This document shows positions 9,625-20,095 of a stretch of DNA of 64,000 bases, one piece after another; the first letter of the stretch is position 1; each line of letters starts with the position of its first letter. The DNA lies in NCBI GenBank assembly GCA_902610585.1, contig CACLWE010000001.1, forward strand, positions 110,970 through 174,969. Reading direction: 5' to 3'. The position numbers and the translations under genes were made by a program. Source of the DNA: an uncultured Pelagibacteraceae bacterium (GTDB lineage Bacteria; Pseudomonadota; Alphaproteobacteria; Pelagibacterales; AG-422-B15). The notes beneath the pieces were generated by a model, which did no database searches, had not been told where the DNA came from, and was given only the letters and a program-made list of their open reading frames with translations.

Positions 9625-10881
9625 TGCAATCTTGACTTCCGAAATTAAATTTTTCTTTGTTTCAATGATTTCAAATTTAAATCCATAAAATTGAAAAACT
9701 TGTCCAGCTTTAGGAAATGACCTTGACTCATTAATTAATAAGCCAGAAATAGTATTTGCATCTTCATCAGGCAGATCCCAACCAAAACTTCTATTGATGT
9801 TTCTTATTTCTGTAGACCCTTGTACCTTGATTGAGCCATCTTTATTTCTAACTATATCAGCCAAATCGATATCATGCTCATCGCTGATTTCTCCAACAAT
9901 CTCTTCAATAATGTCTTCAAGGCTTATCATTCCATTTAACACACCATATTCATCAACCACCATGGCTAATTTAATTTTTCTGTTTAAGTGCATTTGTAAT
10001 TGATTTTTTAAAGGTGTAGTTTCTGGAACAAACCATGTTTTAATTAATGATTTTTTTATATCTTCTCTTGAAATTTTTACAGATTTAAGTTCATTTAGCT
10101 TCTTTAACAGATTTTTTGCGTGTACTAAGCCAATAATATTTTCATTATTATCTTTCCATACGGGTATTCTTGTGTAAGGACTTTCAACGACCTGGTTTAT
10201 TATTTTTTCAGGATCTTCATCAATATTAACCATAAAGATGTTGCTTCTGTGAACCATAATATCCTCAACAGTTGTTTCTGATAAATCTAAAATTCCAGTC
10301 ACCATATCCTTATCCATTTTAAATAATCTACCTTCTTTATGATGGAGATCTACAGTCCCCCTAATTTCATCAGCTACAGATAAACTTCTTGCATTCTGGT
10401 CATGTTTAATTCCAACTATATTTAAAATAGTAAAAACAATTTTTTCCATCAGCCATGTTACAGGCGCTAAGATGGTTACAAATGGTTTTAAAAATGGGCT
10501 TACTAATAGCGCCATTTTCTCTGCATTTGCAATAGCATAGCTTTTAGGAAGAATTTCAGCAAAAATCACAATTAATGCTGTCATTATGATTACGGCATAA
10601 GCAACACCTGTATTCCCAAAAATTTTAATTAATAAACTAGTAGCTAAAGCTGAAGCAAGAATATTAACTAAATTATTACCAAGTAAAATCGCTCCAATTA
10701 AGGCTTCTTTCTTATTCAATAAATCTATCGCGACATTAGAATTTTTTTTGCCCTTCATACCAAGGCCGGTTAACCTGCTCCGCGTACTTGCTGTTAATGC
10801 TGTTTCCGATCCCGAGAAAAATGCAGAAAATGCTAAAAGAACTATTATGGCTAAAAATAATACGATAACTTCAAATATCAT
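9613..10881 (-). CDS. HlyC/CorC-family (CNNM: DUF21 + CBS pair + CorC_HlyC) membrane protein
   Basis: Four N-terminal TM helices are followed by a CBS-pair region and a C-terminal CorC_HlyC-like domain. Size is 422 aa. Confidence 0.8.
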   Translation of the reverse strand: MIFEVIVLFLAIIVLLAFSAFFSGSETALTASTRSRLTGLGMKGKKNSNVAIDLLNKKEALIGAILLGNNLVNILASALATSLLIKIFGNTGVAYAVIIMTALIVIFAEILPKSYAIANAEKMALLVSPFLKPFVTILAPVTWLMEKIVFTILNIVGIKHDQNARSLSVADEIRGTVDLHHKEGRLFKMDKDMVTGILDLSETTVEDIMVHRSNIFMVNIDEDPEKIINQVVESPYTRIPVWKDNNENIIGLVHAKNLLKKLNELKSVKISREDIKKSLIKTWFVPETTPLKNQLQMHLNRKIKLAMVVDEYGVLNGMISLEDIIEEIVGEISDEHDIDLADIVRNKDGSIKVQGSTEIRNINRSFGWDLPDEDANTISGLLINESRSFPKAGQVFQFYGFKFEIIETKKNLISEVKIASLN

Positions 10882-11988
10882 CTAATTTATATACTTACTT
10901 ATTACGCTATCTAATTTTCTAGTTGAATATCGATTGGCTAAATAAGCTTTGCCTAATTTTTTTAAAAGTATCAGATTTATATGATTATTTTTTACTTTTT
11001 TGTCAGAACTCATTATCTTTTTAAATTTATTAAGTGATGACTTGCTCTTTATATTGATAGGTATTTTGGTTTTCATTTTTAATTTTTGGAAATGATCTTT
11101 TATTTTATTAATATTTTTATCTAAAATGTTTCCTTGAAGTGATGACATTTCAAGAGCCATCATAATGCCAATAGACACGGCTTCTCCATGTGTTAATGAT
11201 TTTTGGTAATTATTTATTGCTTCAATAGCATGTCCAAAAGTATGACCTAAATTCAGTATTGCTCTTATATTATTTTCTTTTTCATCTTGTCTTACAATTA
11301 TTGCTTTATTTTTGCAAGAGTGAAAAATAGCCTCAATAAGATATTTTTTGTTAAATGTAATAAGCTTTGACTCATTATCTAAAAGCCAATTAAGGAATTT
11401 TTTATCCATAATAAGTCCATATTTAATTATTTCAGCATAGCCAGATAAAATCTCCCTTTTTGGTAGAGTTTTTAATAGCGAGACGTCAGAAATCACTAAT
11501 TTAGGTTGATAAAAAGTACCTATCAGATTTTTGCCTTCTTTAGTATTGACGCCTGTTTTACCCCCTACTGCAGAGTCAACTTGTGATAATAATGTTGTAG
11601 GTATCTGAATAAAATTGATGCCTCTTAATGTGATACTTGCTGAAAAACCTACAATATCACCAATAACACCCCCTCCAAAAGCAATTAAAGTATCGTTTCT
11701 ATCAACCTTATATTTGAGAAGTTTAGTCGTAATTAAATTAATAGTTTTGATATTTTTGTATCGCTCGCCATCATTAATTATTATCTTGTTGAAACTTATT
11801 TTATTTTTTCTTAATGAGTTCTCTAATTTCTTTCCGTAAAGCTTATAAATAAATCTATTAGTTACTATAAAAACTCGTGGATTAATTAATTTCTTTTTTA
11901 TTAATGAGCCTGAGCTCGATAAAATATTATTACCAATAAAAATTTTATATTTGTCTGTCCCGCTCTTTACCTCTAAAGTTTTTTTCAT
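10882..11988 (-). CDS. aroB: 3-dehydroquinate synthase
   Basis: Contains GGGVIGDIVGF, VDSAVGGKTGVN and LNLGHTFGHAIE motifs. It is adjacent to aroK. Confidence 0.9.
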   Translation of the reverse strand: MKKTLEVKSGTDKYKIFIGNNILSSSGSLIKKKLINPRVFIVTNRFIYKLYGKKLENSLRKNKISFNKIIINDGERYKNIKTINLITTKLLKYKVDRNDTLIAFGGGVIGDIVGFSASITLRGINFIQIPTTLLSQVDSAVGGKTGVNTKEGKNLIGTFYQPKLVISDVSLLKTLPKREILSGYAEIIKYGLIMDKKFLNWLLDNESKLITFNKKYLIEAIFHSCKNKAIIVRQDEKENNIRAILNLGHTFGHAIEAINNYQKSLTHGEAVSIGIMMALEMSSLQGNILDKNINKIKDHFQKLKMKTKIPINIKSKSSLNKFKKIMSSDKKVKNNHINLILLKKLGKAYLANRYSTRKLDSVISKYIN

Positions 11989-11990
11989 TA

Positions 11991-12521
11991 TTAGATTTTT
12001 AAAGCTTTGGTAATTTCTTTGATAATTTGATATTTATTTTTTTTGCTCACATCGATTGTGATTTTAGCCTTGGAGTAATTTCTCTGCCTAATTTTATTTA
12101 ATTTTTCAAATTCTACTTTTATATTCTTATTAGATAAAAGTGGCCTTTTTTTTGATACTTTACATCTTTTTTCTAAAATATTCAAATCACATTTTAGCCA
12201 TATTGAAATACATTTCTTCAATATTAAGTTTCTTATTTTTGATTCTTCAAAGCCACCTCCACCTAGTGCAATAATCGAATCTTTTTTATCTAATAATTTT
12301 ATAGTAATCTTTTTTTCAATATTTCTGAAGATTCTTTCACCACTTTCATCAAAAATTTTCGAAATTTTTTGACCCATTTCTTTTTCAATTTCTTTATCTG
12401 TGTCATAAAAGTCTAAGCCCAATTTTTTCGATAAACCTCTACCAATAGTAGATTTACCAGAGCCCATATGGCCTAGAAATACTATATTTTTTTTTATTTG
12501 AGAGAGTCTTTTTTTTGACAT
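11991..12521 (-). CDS. aroK: shikimate kinase
   Basis: Has P-loop GHMGSGKSTIGR and an ALGGG motif. Size is 176 aa. Confidence 0.9.
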   Translation of the reverse strand: MSKKRLSQIKKNIVFLGHMGSGKSTIGRGLSKKLGLDFYDTDKEIEKEMGQKISKIFDESGERIFRNIEKKITIKLLDKKDSIIALGGGGFEESKIRNLILKKCISIWLKCDLNILEKRCKVSKKRPLLSNKNIKVEFEKLNKIRQRNYSKAKITIDVSKKNKYQIIKEITKALKI

Positions 12522-12576
12522 TATTAAATGTGAATAAATTTCACAGTTTTAAAATATTCTGTTAAAAGAAATTAAT

Positions 12577-14307
12577 ATGTTTGATAAAAGCATTTGCAAC
12601 AAAATTGTATTATATATCATTAGTTTATCTCTTATAAGCTCATTTTTCATTAATATTGATATTTTGGCGGAAGATAATTTGAGTCAAGAGCCATATGAAA
12701 TTTGGCAAGAGAACAGTGTTATAAGCGAAATTGAAATTTCTGTAGATAATTCAAACACTCAGGAAACTGCAAACTTAAAGAATCAAGCAGTAAAACAGGA
12801 AAATTTTCTATTCACTAAAGATGATGCTATAGGTTTATATGATCCTACTAACGGTGGATTCGATGCTAATCTATGGAATGGATCCAATTTAGAGGATATA
12901 GCATATTTATTTAACATATCCCCTGAAGAAAGTACTAGTTCAACTCTTACCAACCTGGTTAAAAATGCAATGTTAACTACCGCAGCCCCGCCTGATAAAT
13001 TAACTAATGATTCATTATCTTTTCTAAATCTCAAATCAGATTTTTTAATCTCAAGAGGCTATTACAAACATATCTCTGAATTATTTAGCTTAATAAGCAG
13101 TGATGAAAATAATGATATTTTAAGTGGTGGAATGATAGAGAATTTACTTATTTATAATCAATACAAAAGAATTTGTAATAGCAATGCTAATTTAATATCA
13201 GAAAGATTAAGTGACTTATATTTTGCATCATTTTGTAATGCGATGTCAGCCAATAAATTAACACTTGATCTAAATATTTCTTTGATGAGAGATGACGATA
13301 ATTATGATGAAGAGTACTTATCTCTGCTATCTGAAATTATATACAGTGATGAACTTAAAGTTGAAAATCTTAAAGAAATAAATCTAATTAATTTAAACTT
13401 ATTACAAAAATATAATGTTGATATAGATAAATATATCACTATAAATTCTCCAATAAAATTTAAATTATTCTACTTTTTAAATTATAAGAAAAATAATTTA
13501 AAAAAAGTTTCAATCGCTGAAGAGCTAGTAAAAAAAGGTTTGATAGAAACTAAATACCTTGGAGAGATTTACCAGTCCTTTGACATAAGTAACATCAAGG
13601 ATTCGAGTGACGACAATTCAGCTTTAATAGAGAGAATTAAAATCTTTAAAGATATAAGAAAAACCTCATCTCAGGCTGATTTAGTAAATAAAATACCTAA
13701 ATATGTTAGTTTATTTAGCACACATGGGATGTTGGAAATCGCATCTTTAATGATTTATGATAAAATAAAAATAGTTCAGCCAAAATTAGATTATATCGAC
13801 AAGGCTTCGGGTATTTGCCTAATCTTTATACTAAATGATGACCCTGAAAAGTGTAATGAGTGGGTAAGTCAATTGAATTTCAATTCATATAAACTAGAGC
13901 TCTCTAAAGCTGAGTTTTATCTTTCATTAGCAAATGGAAACGTAATAAAAGAAGCTAATTTAAATCAATTAATTGATTATCAAGGTTTTTCTGTTAGGCA
14001 GAAGAATATTATTGTGAAGTATTACGAACTTATGACAAATTCACAAAAAAATAGTTATTGGAAGACCCCAAATGAGTTGAATAAAGTCTCCTCAATAACG
14101 GCAAATATAAAGCTTCATAATTATTATAGATCTCTTGAAAATCAACTTGGCGAAAAAATTATTTTGCTAAATATATTACATGGAGATGACAATTTTAATG
14201 AAAATGATGAATTTACTATTTTTCTTATAATAGATGGATTATTTGAGATTAATGAAATTTATGCACAAGATTATATACTAGAGTATTTTGCAAAGTATAA
14301 TTTATAG
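12577..14307 (+). CDS. hypothetical exported or membrane-anchored protein (576 aa)
   Basis: Has an N-terminal hydrophobic signal/anchor (LYIISLSLISSFFINIDILA). I recognise no catalytic motif. It sits between aroK and xerD. Confidence 0.6.
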   Translation: MFDKSICNKIVLYIISLSLISSFFINIDILAEDNLSQEPYEIWQENSVISEIEISVDNSNTQETANLKNQAVKQENFLFTKDDAIGLYDPTNGGFDANLWNGSNLEDIAYLFNISPEESTSSTLTNLVKNAMLTTAAPPDKLTNDSLSFLNLKSDFLISRGYYKHISELFSLISSDENNDILSGGMIENLLIYNQYKRICNSNANLISERLSDLYFASFCNAMSANKLTLDLNISLMRDDDNYDEEYLSLLSEIIYSDELKVENLKEINLINLNLLQKYNVDIDKYITINSPIKFKLFYFLNYKKNNLKKVSIAEELVKKGLIETKYLGEIYQSFDISNIKDSSDDNSALIERIKIFKDIRKTSSQADLVNKIPKYVSLFSTHGMLEIASLMIYDKIKIVQPKLDYIDKASGICLIFILNDDPEKCNEWVSQLNFNSYKLELSKAEFYLSLANGNVIKEANLNQLIDYQGFSVRQKNIIVKYYELMTNSQKNSYWKTPNELNKVSSITANIKLHNYYRSLENQLGEKIILLNILHGDDNFNENDEFTIFLIIDGLFEINEIYAQDYILEYFAKYNL

Positions 14308-15233
14308 TGTCAAAAATAGAACAATCTATAATTGAGAATTTCTTAGAGTCGTTGATATCTGAGAAAGGATTAAGTAAAAATTCAATTGACTCTTATAAGA
14401 GTGATATAAATCAGTTTTTAGAAAAACAAACAAATAACAAAACATCTGTACAAATATTTTCTAGAAAATCGGTTGAAAAATATATTTCAACGATGAATGA
14501 CTTAGGATTTGAGAGGTCTACAATTCTCAGGAAATTGTCTTCTTTAGGACATTTTTTTGATTTTTTAGTTACTGAAAATATATTGAAAGATAATCCATTT
14601 CTTCAAATTTCAATTCCTAAAAAAAACTCAAAGCTACCAATTTTTTTAACAAATAATCAGGTAGACAGACTATTAGAGACAGCTAAAAATGATGAGTCTA
14701 TTAAAGGCCTGAGACTATTAACTATGATTGAAATATTATATGCAACAGGAATAAGAGTTTCTGAGTTAGTTGGATTAAAATTGTCATCTTTATATGAAAA
14801 GGAAAATTTTATTTTTGTTACAGGCAAAGGAAATAAAGAAAGACTTGTACCCGTTGATCAAAATACTTTATCTACAATAGAAAAGTACTTAAAAGTAAGA
14901 GTAGAATTTTTAAAAGCGGACAAAAAAGAAGACAAATGGCTTTTTCCTTCAAGAAATTCAAAGCTAGGTCATATTTCAAGGCAAAGATTTCATCAACTTT
15001 TAAAAGTATTGTGTAAAGAAGCGAATATCGATTCTAAATACGTAAGTCCTCACAAGCTTAGACATGCGTTTGCATCACATCTACTCGCTAATGGAATGGA
15101 TTTAAGATCACTACAAATGCTTCTTGGACATTCAGATATATCTACAACACAAATTTATACTCATGTTCTTAGTGATAGATTAAAAAGTACGGTGGAAGAC
15201 AATCACCCACTATCTAAGATATTCAAAGAATAA
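14307..15233 (+). CDS. xerD: site-specific tyrosine recombinase XerD
   Basis: Shows the R..HxxR..Y catalytic pattern (LRHAFASHLL...LLGHSDISTTQIYTHV). It uses a GTG start abutting the previous stop. Confidence 0.9.
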   Translation: MSKIEQSIIENFLESLISEKGLSKNSIDSYKSDINQFLEKQTNNKTSVQIFSRKSVEKYISTMNDLGFERSTILRKLSSLGHFFDFLVTENILKDNPFLQISIPKKNSKLPIFLTNNQVDRLLETAKNDESIKGLRLLTMIEILYATGIRVSELVGLKLSSLYEKENFIFVTGKGNKERLVPVDQNTLSTIEKYLKVRVEFLKADKKEDKWLFPSRNSKLGHISRQRFHQLLKVLCKEANIDSKYVSPHKLRHAFASHLLANGMDLRSLQMLLGHSDISTTQIYTHVLSDRLKSTVEDNHPLSKIFKE

Positions 15234-15286
15234 TTGTAATTCAAGTTGTCCTTGAAAAGAGGATTTTATAATGATAAACCAACAAA

Positions 15287-16267
15287 ATGAGTTTTACACA
15301 TGTACCCTCTAATACTATAAGAATTAATAGATCTCAGTTATTTGTTCCAGGGTCAAAGCCAGATTTGTTTGAGAAAGCTTCAGCAAGCAATGCAGATATA
15401 ATCTGTTTAGATCTTGAGGATGCTGTGGCACCGCAAGATAAGGAACAAGCAAAAAAAAATGTAATCAAAGCACTAAACAATCATGATTTTGGAAAAAAAA
15501 CTATTTCAGTAAGAATTAATGGATTGGATACTTATTATTGTTACAGAGATGTTGTTGACTTAATGGAAAATGGTGGTGAGCGATTAGATTTAATTATGAT
15601 ACCAAAAGTTGGCGTTCCAGAGGATGTTTATGCGATTGATATGCTAGTGACGCAAATAGAAGATAAAACTCAAAGACAAAAGAAAATAGGCTTTGAACTT
15701 ATAGTTGAAACATCAATGGGAATAACAAACCTAGATAAGATCTTAACTGGGAGTAAAAGAATTGAATCTCTCCATTTTGGTTACGCTGATTATGCAGCAT
15801 CAGTTAGAATGCGTACAACAAATATCGGCGGATCTAATCAAGACTATTCAATATTAACTGATGAAATTGATGGAGAGAGAAAAACTCACTGGAATGATAT
15901 GTGGCACTATCCAATATCAAAAATGACAACTATTGGAAGAGCTCATGGCGTAAGGATTATTGACGGTCCTTTTGGGGATTTTTCTGATCCAGAAGGTTTT
16001 AAGTCTCACGCAAGAAGAACAGCAATTCTTGGATGCGAGGGAAAATGGGCAATTCATCCTAGTCAGGTAGATCTTGCAAATGAGGTATTCACACTTCCGG
16101 AAAAAGAAGTACAAAAAGCCAGAGATATTCTTGAAGCGATGAAAAAAGCACAAGAGTCAGGTGCAGGTGCTGCTACACTAAATGGAAAATTAATAGACGC
16201 CGCTTCAATAAGGCAAGCCGAGCAAATTATCGAACAAACAAAATTAATAGAAACTCTAAGTAAATAA
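15287..16267 (+). CDS. mcl: L-malyl-CoA/beta-methylmalyl-CoA lyase (HpcH/HpaI aldolase/citrate-lyase-beta family)
   Basis: Close motif-by-motif resemblance to Mcl1-type lyases: NRSQLFVPGS.P.LFEKA, LDLEDAVAP, SVRINGLDT..YRDVVDL, GPFGDFSD.EGF and GKWAIHPSQV. Confidence 0.85.
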   Translation: MSFTHVPSNTIRINRSQLFVPGSKPDLFEKASASNADIICLDLEDAVAPQDKEQAKKNVIKALNNHDFGKKTISVRINGLDTYYCYRDVVDLMENGGERLDLIMIPKVGVPEDVYAIDMLVTQIEDKTQRQKKIGFELIVETSMGITNLDKILTGSKRIESLHFGYADYAASVRMRTTNIGGSNQDYSILTDEIDGERKTHWNDMWHYPISKMTTIGRAHGVRIIDGPFGDFSDPEGFKSHARRTAILGCEGKWAIHPSQVDLANEVFTLPEKEVQKARDILEAMKKAQESGAGAATLNGKLIDAASIRQAEQIIEQTKLIETLSK

Positions 16268-16278
16268 TTTATTATTAA

Positions 16279-17391
16279 ATGAACACCTATCTTGAGTTTG
16301 AAAAGCCCATCGAACAACTTGACAATAAGGTTCATGAGCTCAAAAGCTTAAATGATAATGCGCCATCAGATAATCTTCTTGAAGAAATTACGCAAGTTGA
16401 AGAACAAATATATGAAACTTATAAGAAGATATATTCTTCAATATCACCTTGGCAAAGGACACTTGTTGCAAGACATCCTCAACGACCAAAAACAAGAGAA
16501 TATATCCAAAATCTAATCGAGGATTTTTTTCCTTTATCAGGCGATCGTTTTTTTTCAGATGATAAGGCCATCCTTGGAGGTTTTGGAAAATTTAGAGGTA
16601 AAACAGTATTAGTCCTTGGTCATGAAAAGGGACACGATACGACATCAAGAATTGAACATAATTTTGGGATGCCTAGGCCTGAGGGATATAGAAAAGCTCA
16701 AAGATTAATGAAACTTGCAGAGGATTTTGATATTCCAGTTATATCTTTTGTTGATACCCCTGGCGCTTACCCTGGAGTAGGAGCAGAACAGAGAGGACAA
16801 TCTGAAGCAATTGCAAAAACAACTGAGTGTTGTTTGTCATTAGGTGTTCCTATTGTAGCAATAATAATTGGTGAAGGAGGGTCAGGTGGAGCAGTCGCCA
16901 TTGGAACAGGAAATACAGTACTTATGTTGGAAAATTCCATATATTCAGTAATTTCACCTGAGGGCTGTTCATCAATTTTATGGAAAGATAATACAAAAAC
17001 TGTTGAAGCAGCCTCAGCCCTTAAGCTAACAGCCGAAGATATGTTAAAAATTGACGTAATTGACGAAGTTATAAAAGAGCCAACAGGTGGCGCACATAGG
17101 AATCCGCATCGGGCAATTGAGTCTGTTGGTGATGAAATTGAAAAATATTTAAACTTACTCTCAAATCAACACGGAAATGACTTAAAACACGCAAGACAAG
17201 AAAGATATCTTCAAATAGGAAGGTCGGGATTATTTAGTGATAAGACTACAGCGGCTAACACTGTTCTTGATGAAAAGTTTGGTAAATCTGGTAATAAAAA
17301 AAGGTTTTATAACAATTTTTTAGGACGAATTACCTTGGGAACAATTCTTACCTTACTGTTTATAGGTATAATAACTTACTTAATTAGCTAA
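16279..17391 (+). CDS. accA: acetyl-CoA carboxylase carboxyltransferase alpha subunit with a ~50-aa C-terminal extension ending in a hydrophobic helix
   Basis: Contains ARHPQRP, FVDTPGAYPG and IGEGGSGGA motifs. The extension ends ...RITLGTILTLLFIGIITYLIS. Confidence 0.9.
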   Translation: MNTYLEFEKPIEQLDNKVHELKSLNDNAPSDNLLEEITQVEEQIYETYKKIYSSISPWQRTLVARHPQRPKTREYIQNLIEDFFPLSGDRFFSDDKAILGGFGKFRGKTVLVLGHEKGHDTTSRIEHNFGMPRPEGYRKAQRLMKLAEDFDIPVISFVDTPGAYPGVGAEQRGQSEAIAKTTECCLSLGVPIVAIIIGEGGSGGAVAIGTGNTVLMLENSIYSVISPEGCSSILWKDNTKTVEAASALKLTAEDMLKIDVIDEVIKEPTGGAHRNPHRAIESVGDEIEKYLNLLSNQHGNDLKHARQERYLQIGRSGLFSDKTTAANTVLDEKFGKSGNKKRFYNNFLGRITLGTILTLLFIGIITYLIS

Positions 17392-19987
17392 TTTTTCCAC
17401 AACAATGTTTATATTTTTTGCCTGAACCACAGGGACAGGAAGCATTTCTTGATATTTTTTTTATCTTTATAGCTGATTTATTTATTTTTTCAGGTACACC
17501 GTTTTCATTTGAAGTTTGAGTTTGTCTTTCTCTTAACCTCATTCTTGAAAATATTTTTGAAACATCGATTTTTAAATTATTTATTAATTCCTCAAACAGT
17601 CCAAATGCCTCATTTTTATATTCATTTAGAGGATCTCTTTGTCCATACCCTCTTAGCCCAATAGTTGATCTAAGTTGTTCAAGATTATTAATGTGATCTT
17701 TCCATTTATCGTCCAGAATTTTAAGCATCACCATTCGTTCCGCAGAATTAACCTCTTCCTCAGAATGATTACCTCTTCTATTTAAAGTATTTTCTCTTAT
17801 AAGTGCATAAACTTTATTCTTAATATATTGCTGAGTAATTTCATCATCTGAGTTATCTAAGATAACATCGACTTTTTTTGAAAAGTATTGACTTATTTCA
17901 TTTTGAAGCTCTTGTAAGTTCCATTGATCAGCATAAGATTTTTCTGGGCAATAACGTTCAATAATTTCGTCGGCAACATCGTATTGCATTTCATTTGCTA
18001 TTTCTGAAATGTTATCTGCATTCATTAATTCAAATCTTTGTTCAAAAATTGTTTTACGTTGATCATTCAAGACGTCATCAAACTTTAACAGAGTCTTCCT
18101 TATGTCAAAATTTCTTCCTTCTACTTTTTTTTGTGCTCTCTCAAGTGCTTTTGAAATCCATGCGTGTTTGATTGACTCTCCTTCCTTCAAACCAAGACTT
18201 TTTAAAACACTGTCAATTTTTTCTGATCCAAAAATTCTCATTAAATCATCTTCTAAACTAATAAAGAATTTTGTTTCTCCAGGATCTCCCTGACGACCAG
18301 ACCTTCCTCTCAACTGATTATCTATTCTTCTACTTTCATGCCTTTCACTTCCAATTACATAAAGACCTCCAGCTTCAATTACTTCATCTTTTTTTTGGGC
18401 AATTATATTTTTAAGTCCATCTAATTCTGCTTGATCATTCTTGTGAATAGAATTAAATTCGAAGTTACCACCAAGTTGAATATCCGTTCCTCTACCTGCC
18501 ATATTTGTCGCAATTGTGACAGCGCCTGGTTCACCAGCATTTGCAATAATTTTTGCCTCTTGCTCATGATGCTTTGCATTAAGTACCTCGTGTTTAATTT
18601 TATTGTTTCTTAGCTTTTTTGATATTTGTTCAGATTTTTCAATACTTGTTGTTCCAACCAATACGGGCTGGCTTTTTTGATTGCATTTTTTAACTTGTTC
18701 GACAATTGCATCATATTTTTCTTCAGCCGTTCTATAGATTTCATCTTCATTATCGACCCTTGAAACTGGAATATTTGTAGGTATTTCAAAAACGGACAAA
18801 TTGTATATGTCACCAAATTCCTCTGCTTCTGTAAGTGCGGTTCCTGTCATACCAGAAATTTTTTCATAAAGTCTAAAATAGTTTTGGTAGGTTATTGAGG
18901 CTAATGTTTGACTTTCATTTTGAACTTTTACATTTTCTTTTGCTTCTATTGCTTGATGCAATCCATCTCCGTATCTTCTACCTTCCATTGTTCTACCTGT
19001 AAATTCATCAACAATTACTACACTTCCTGACTTAACAATATAATCCCTATCTTTTTCAAATAGTTTGTTTGCTCTTAACGCTTGATTAATATGGTGAACT
19101 ACTGCAACATTAGAAATATCATATAAAGTTCCTTCTACTATAATATTTCTTTCTTTTAGTATTTTTTCTGCTTTATCATTTCCTACATCTGTCAAATTGG
19201 CAGTTTTTGATTTTTCATCTATCTCAAAATCGTCATTATTTAAAAAAGGGATTATTTTATTAATTGAATTATAAAGAGTTGTTTTATCCTCTATGGCACC
19301 TGAAATTACTAGTGGTGTCCTAGACTCATCTATCAATATGCTATCAACTTCATCAACAATACAGAAGTTGTGATCTCTTTGAACCATGTTTTGTTTTATT
19401 ACACGTAAATTATCTCTTAGATAATCAAATCCAAATTCATTATTGGTTCCATATGTAATATCACATGCATATTGTTCTTTTCTTTTTTCACGTCCCTCTA
19501 AATCATTAGTTAAACATCCAACTGAGAGACCTAAATAATTAAATATAGAACCCATCCATTTCGCATCTCGCTTTGCAAGGTAATCATTTACTGTAACTAT
19601 ATGAACACCTCGACCAGTAAGTGAATTTAAAAATGCTGCTAAAGTAGAGACAAGTGTTTTTCCTTCACCAGTTTTCATCTCTGAGATACCACCGTTGTGC
19701 AAAACCATACCACCGATCAATTGAACGTCAAAATGTCTTTGACCCAGTGTTCTTTTGGCAGCTTCACGCACCATTGCAAAAGACTCTATTAAATAGTCAT
19801 CAATATTTTTTCCAGATGAAATTTCAGATTTTATTTCTGAAATTCTTTTAAGAAGCATATCTTGAGATAGTTTTTCAATTTTGGGTTCTAAATCATTAAT
19901 TAATTGGACTGTGTGTTGGAATTCCGCTAATTTCTTCTTCTCACTGCGGCTGAAAATTGTATTAAAAAACGAGTTTACTTTTAACAT
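17384..19987 (-). CDS. secA: preprotein translocase ATPase SecA
   Basis: Has the MKTGEGKTLV Walker A and DEVDSILIDE DEAD-like box. The C-terminal zinc motif CPCGSGKKYKHCCG is present. Size is 867 aa. Confidence 0.97.
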   Translation of the reverse strand: MLKVNSFFNTIFSRSEKKKLAEFQHTVQLINDLEPKIEKLSQDMLLKRISEIKSEISSGKNIDDYLIESFAMVREAAKRTLGQRHFDVQLIGGMVLHNGGISEMKTGEGKTLVSTLAAFLNSLTGRGVHIVTVNDYLAKRDAKWMGSIFNYLGLSVGCLTNDLEGREKRKEQYACDITYGTNNEFGFDYLRDNLRVIKQNMVQRDHNFCIVDEVDSILIDESRTPLVISGAIEDKTTLYNSINKIIPFLNNDDFEIDEKSKTANLTDVGNDKAEKILKERNIIVEGTLYDISNVAVVHHINQALRANKLFEKDRDYIVKSGSVVIVDEFTGRTMEGRRYGDGLHQAIEAKENVKVQNESQTLASITYQNYFRLYEKISGMTGTALTEAEEFGDIYNLSVFEIPTNIPVSRVDNEDEIYRTAEEKYDAIVEQVKKCNQKSQPVLVGTTSIEKSEQISKKLRNNKIKHEVLNAKHHEQEAKIIANAGEPGAVTIATNMAGRGTDIQLGGNFEFNSIHKNDQAELDGLKNIIAQKKDEVIEAGGLYVIGSERHESRRIDNQLRGRSGRQGDPGETKFFISLEDDLMRIFGSEKIDSVLKSLGLKEGESIKHAWISKALERAQKKVEGRNFDIRKTLLKFDDVLNDQRKTIFEQRFELMNADNISEIANEMQYDVADEIIERYCPEKSYADQWNLQELQNEISQYFSKKVDVILDNSDDEITQQYIKNKVYALIRENTLNRRGNHSEEEVNSAERMVMLKILDDKWKDHINNLEQLRSTIGLRGYGQRDPLNEYKNEAFGLFEELINNLKIDVSKIFSRMRLRERQTQTSNENGVPEKINKSAIKIKKISRNASCPCGSGKKYKHCCGKIS

Positions 19988-20095
19988 TTGATTAGATATT
20001 TGTATTTTCTATTTAATTACAAGCTTTTATACCTTAAATACTAACTCCAATTAAGATAAAATTGCTTAAATCACTGGTATTGAATTGTTCGAAAA

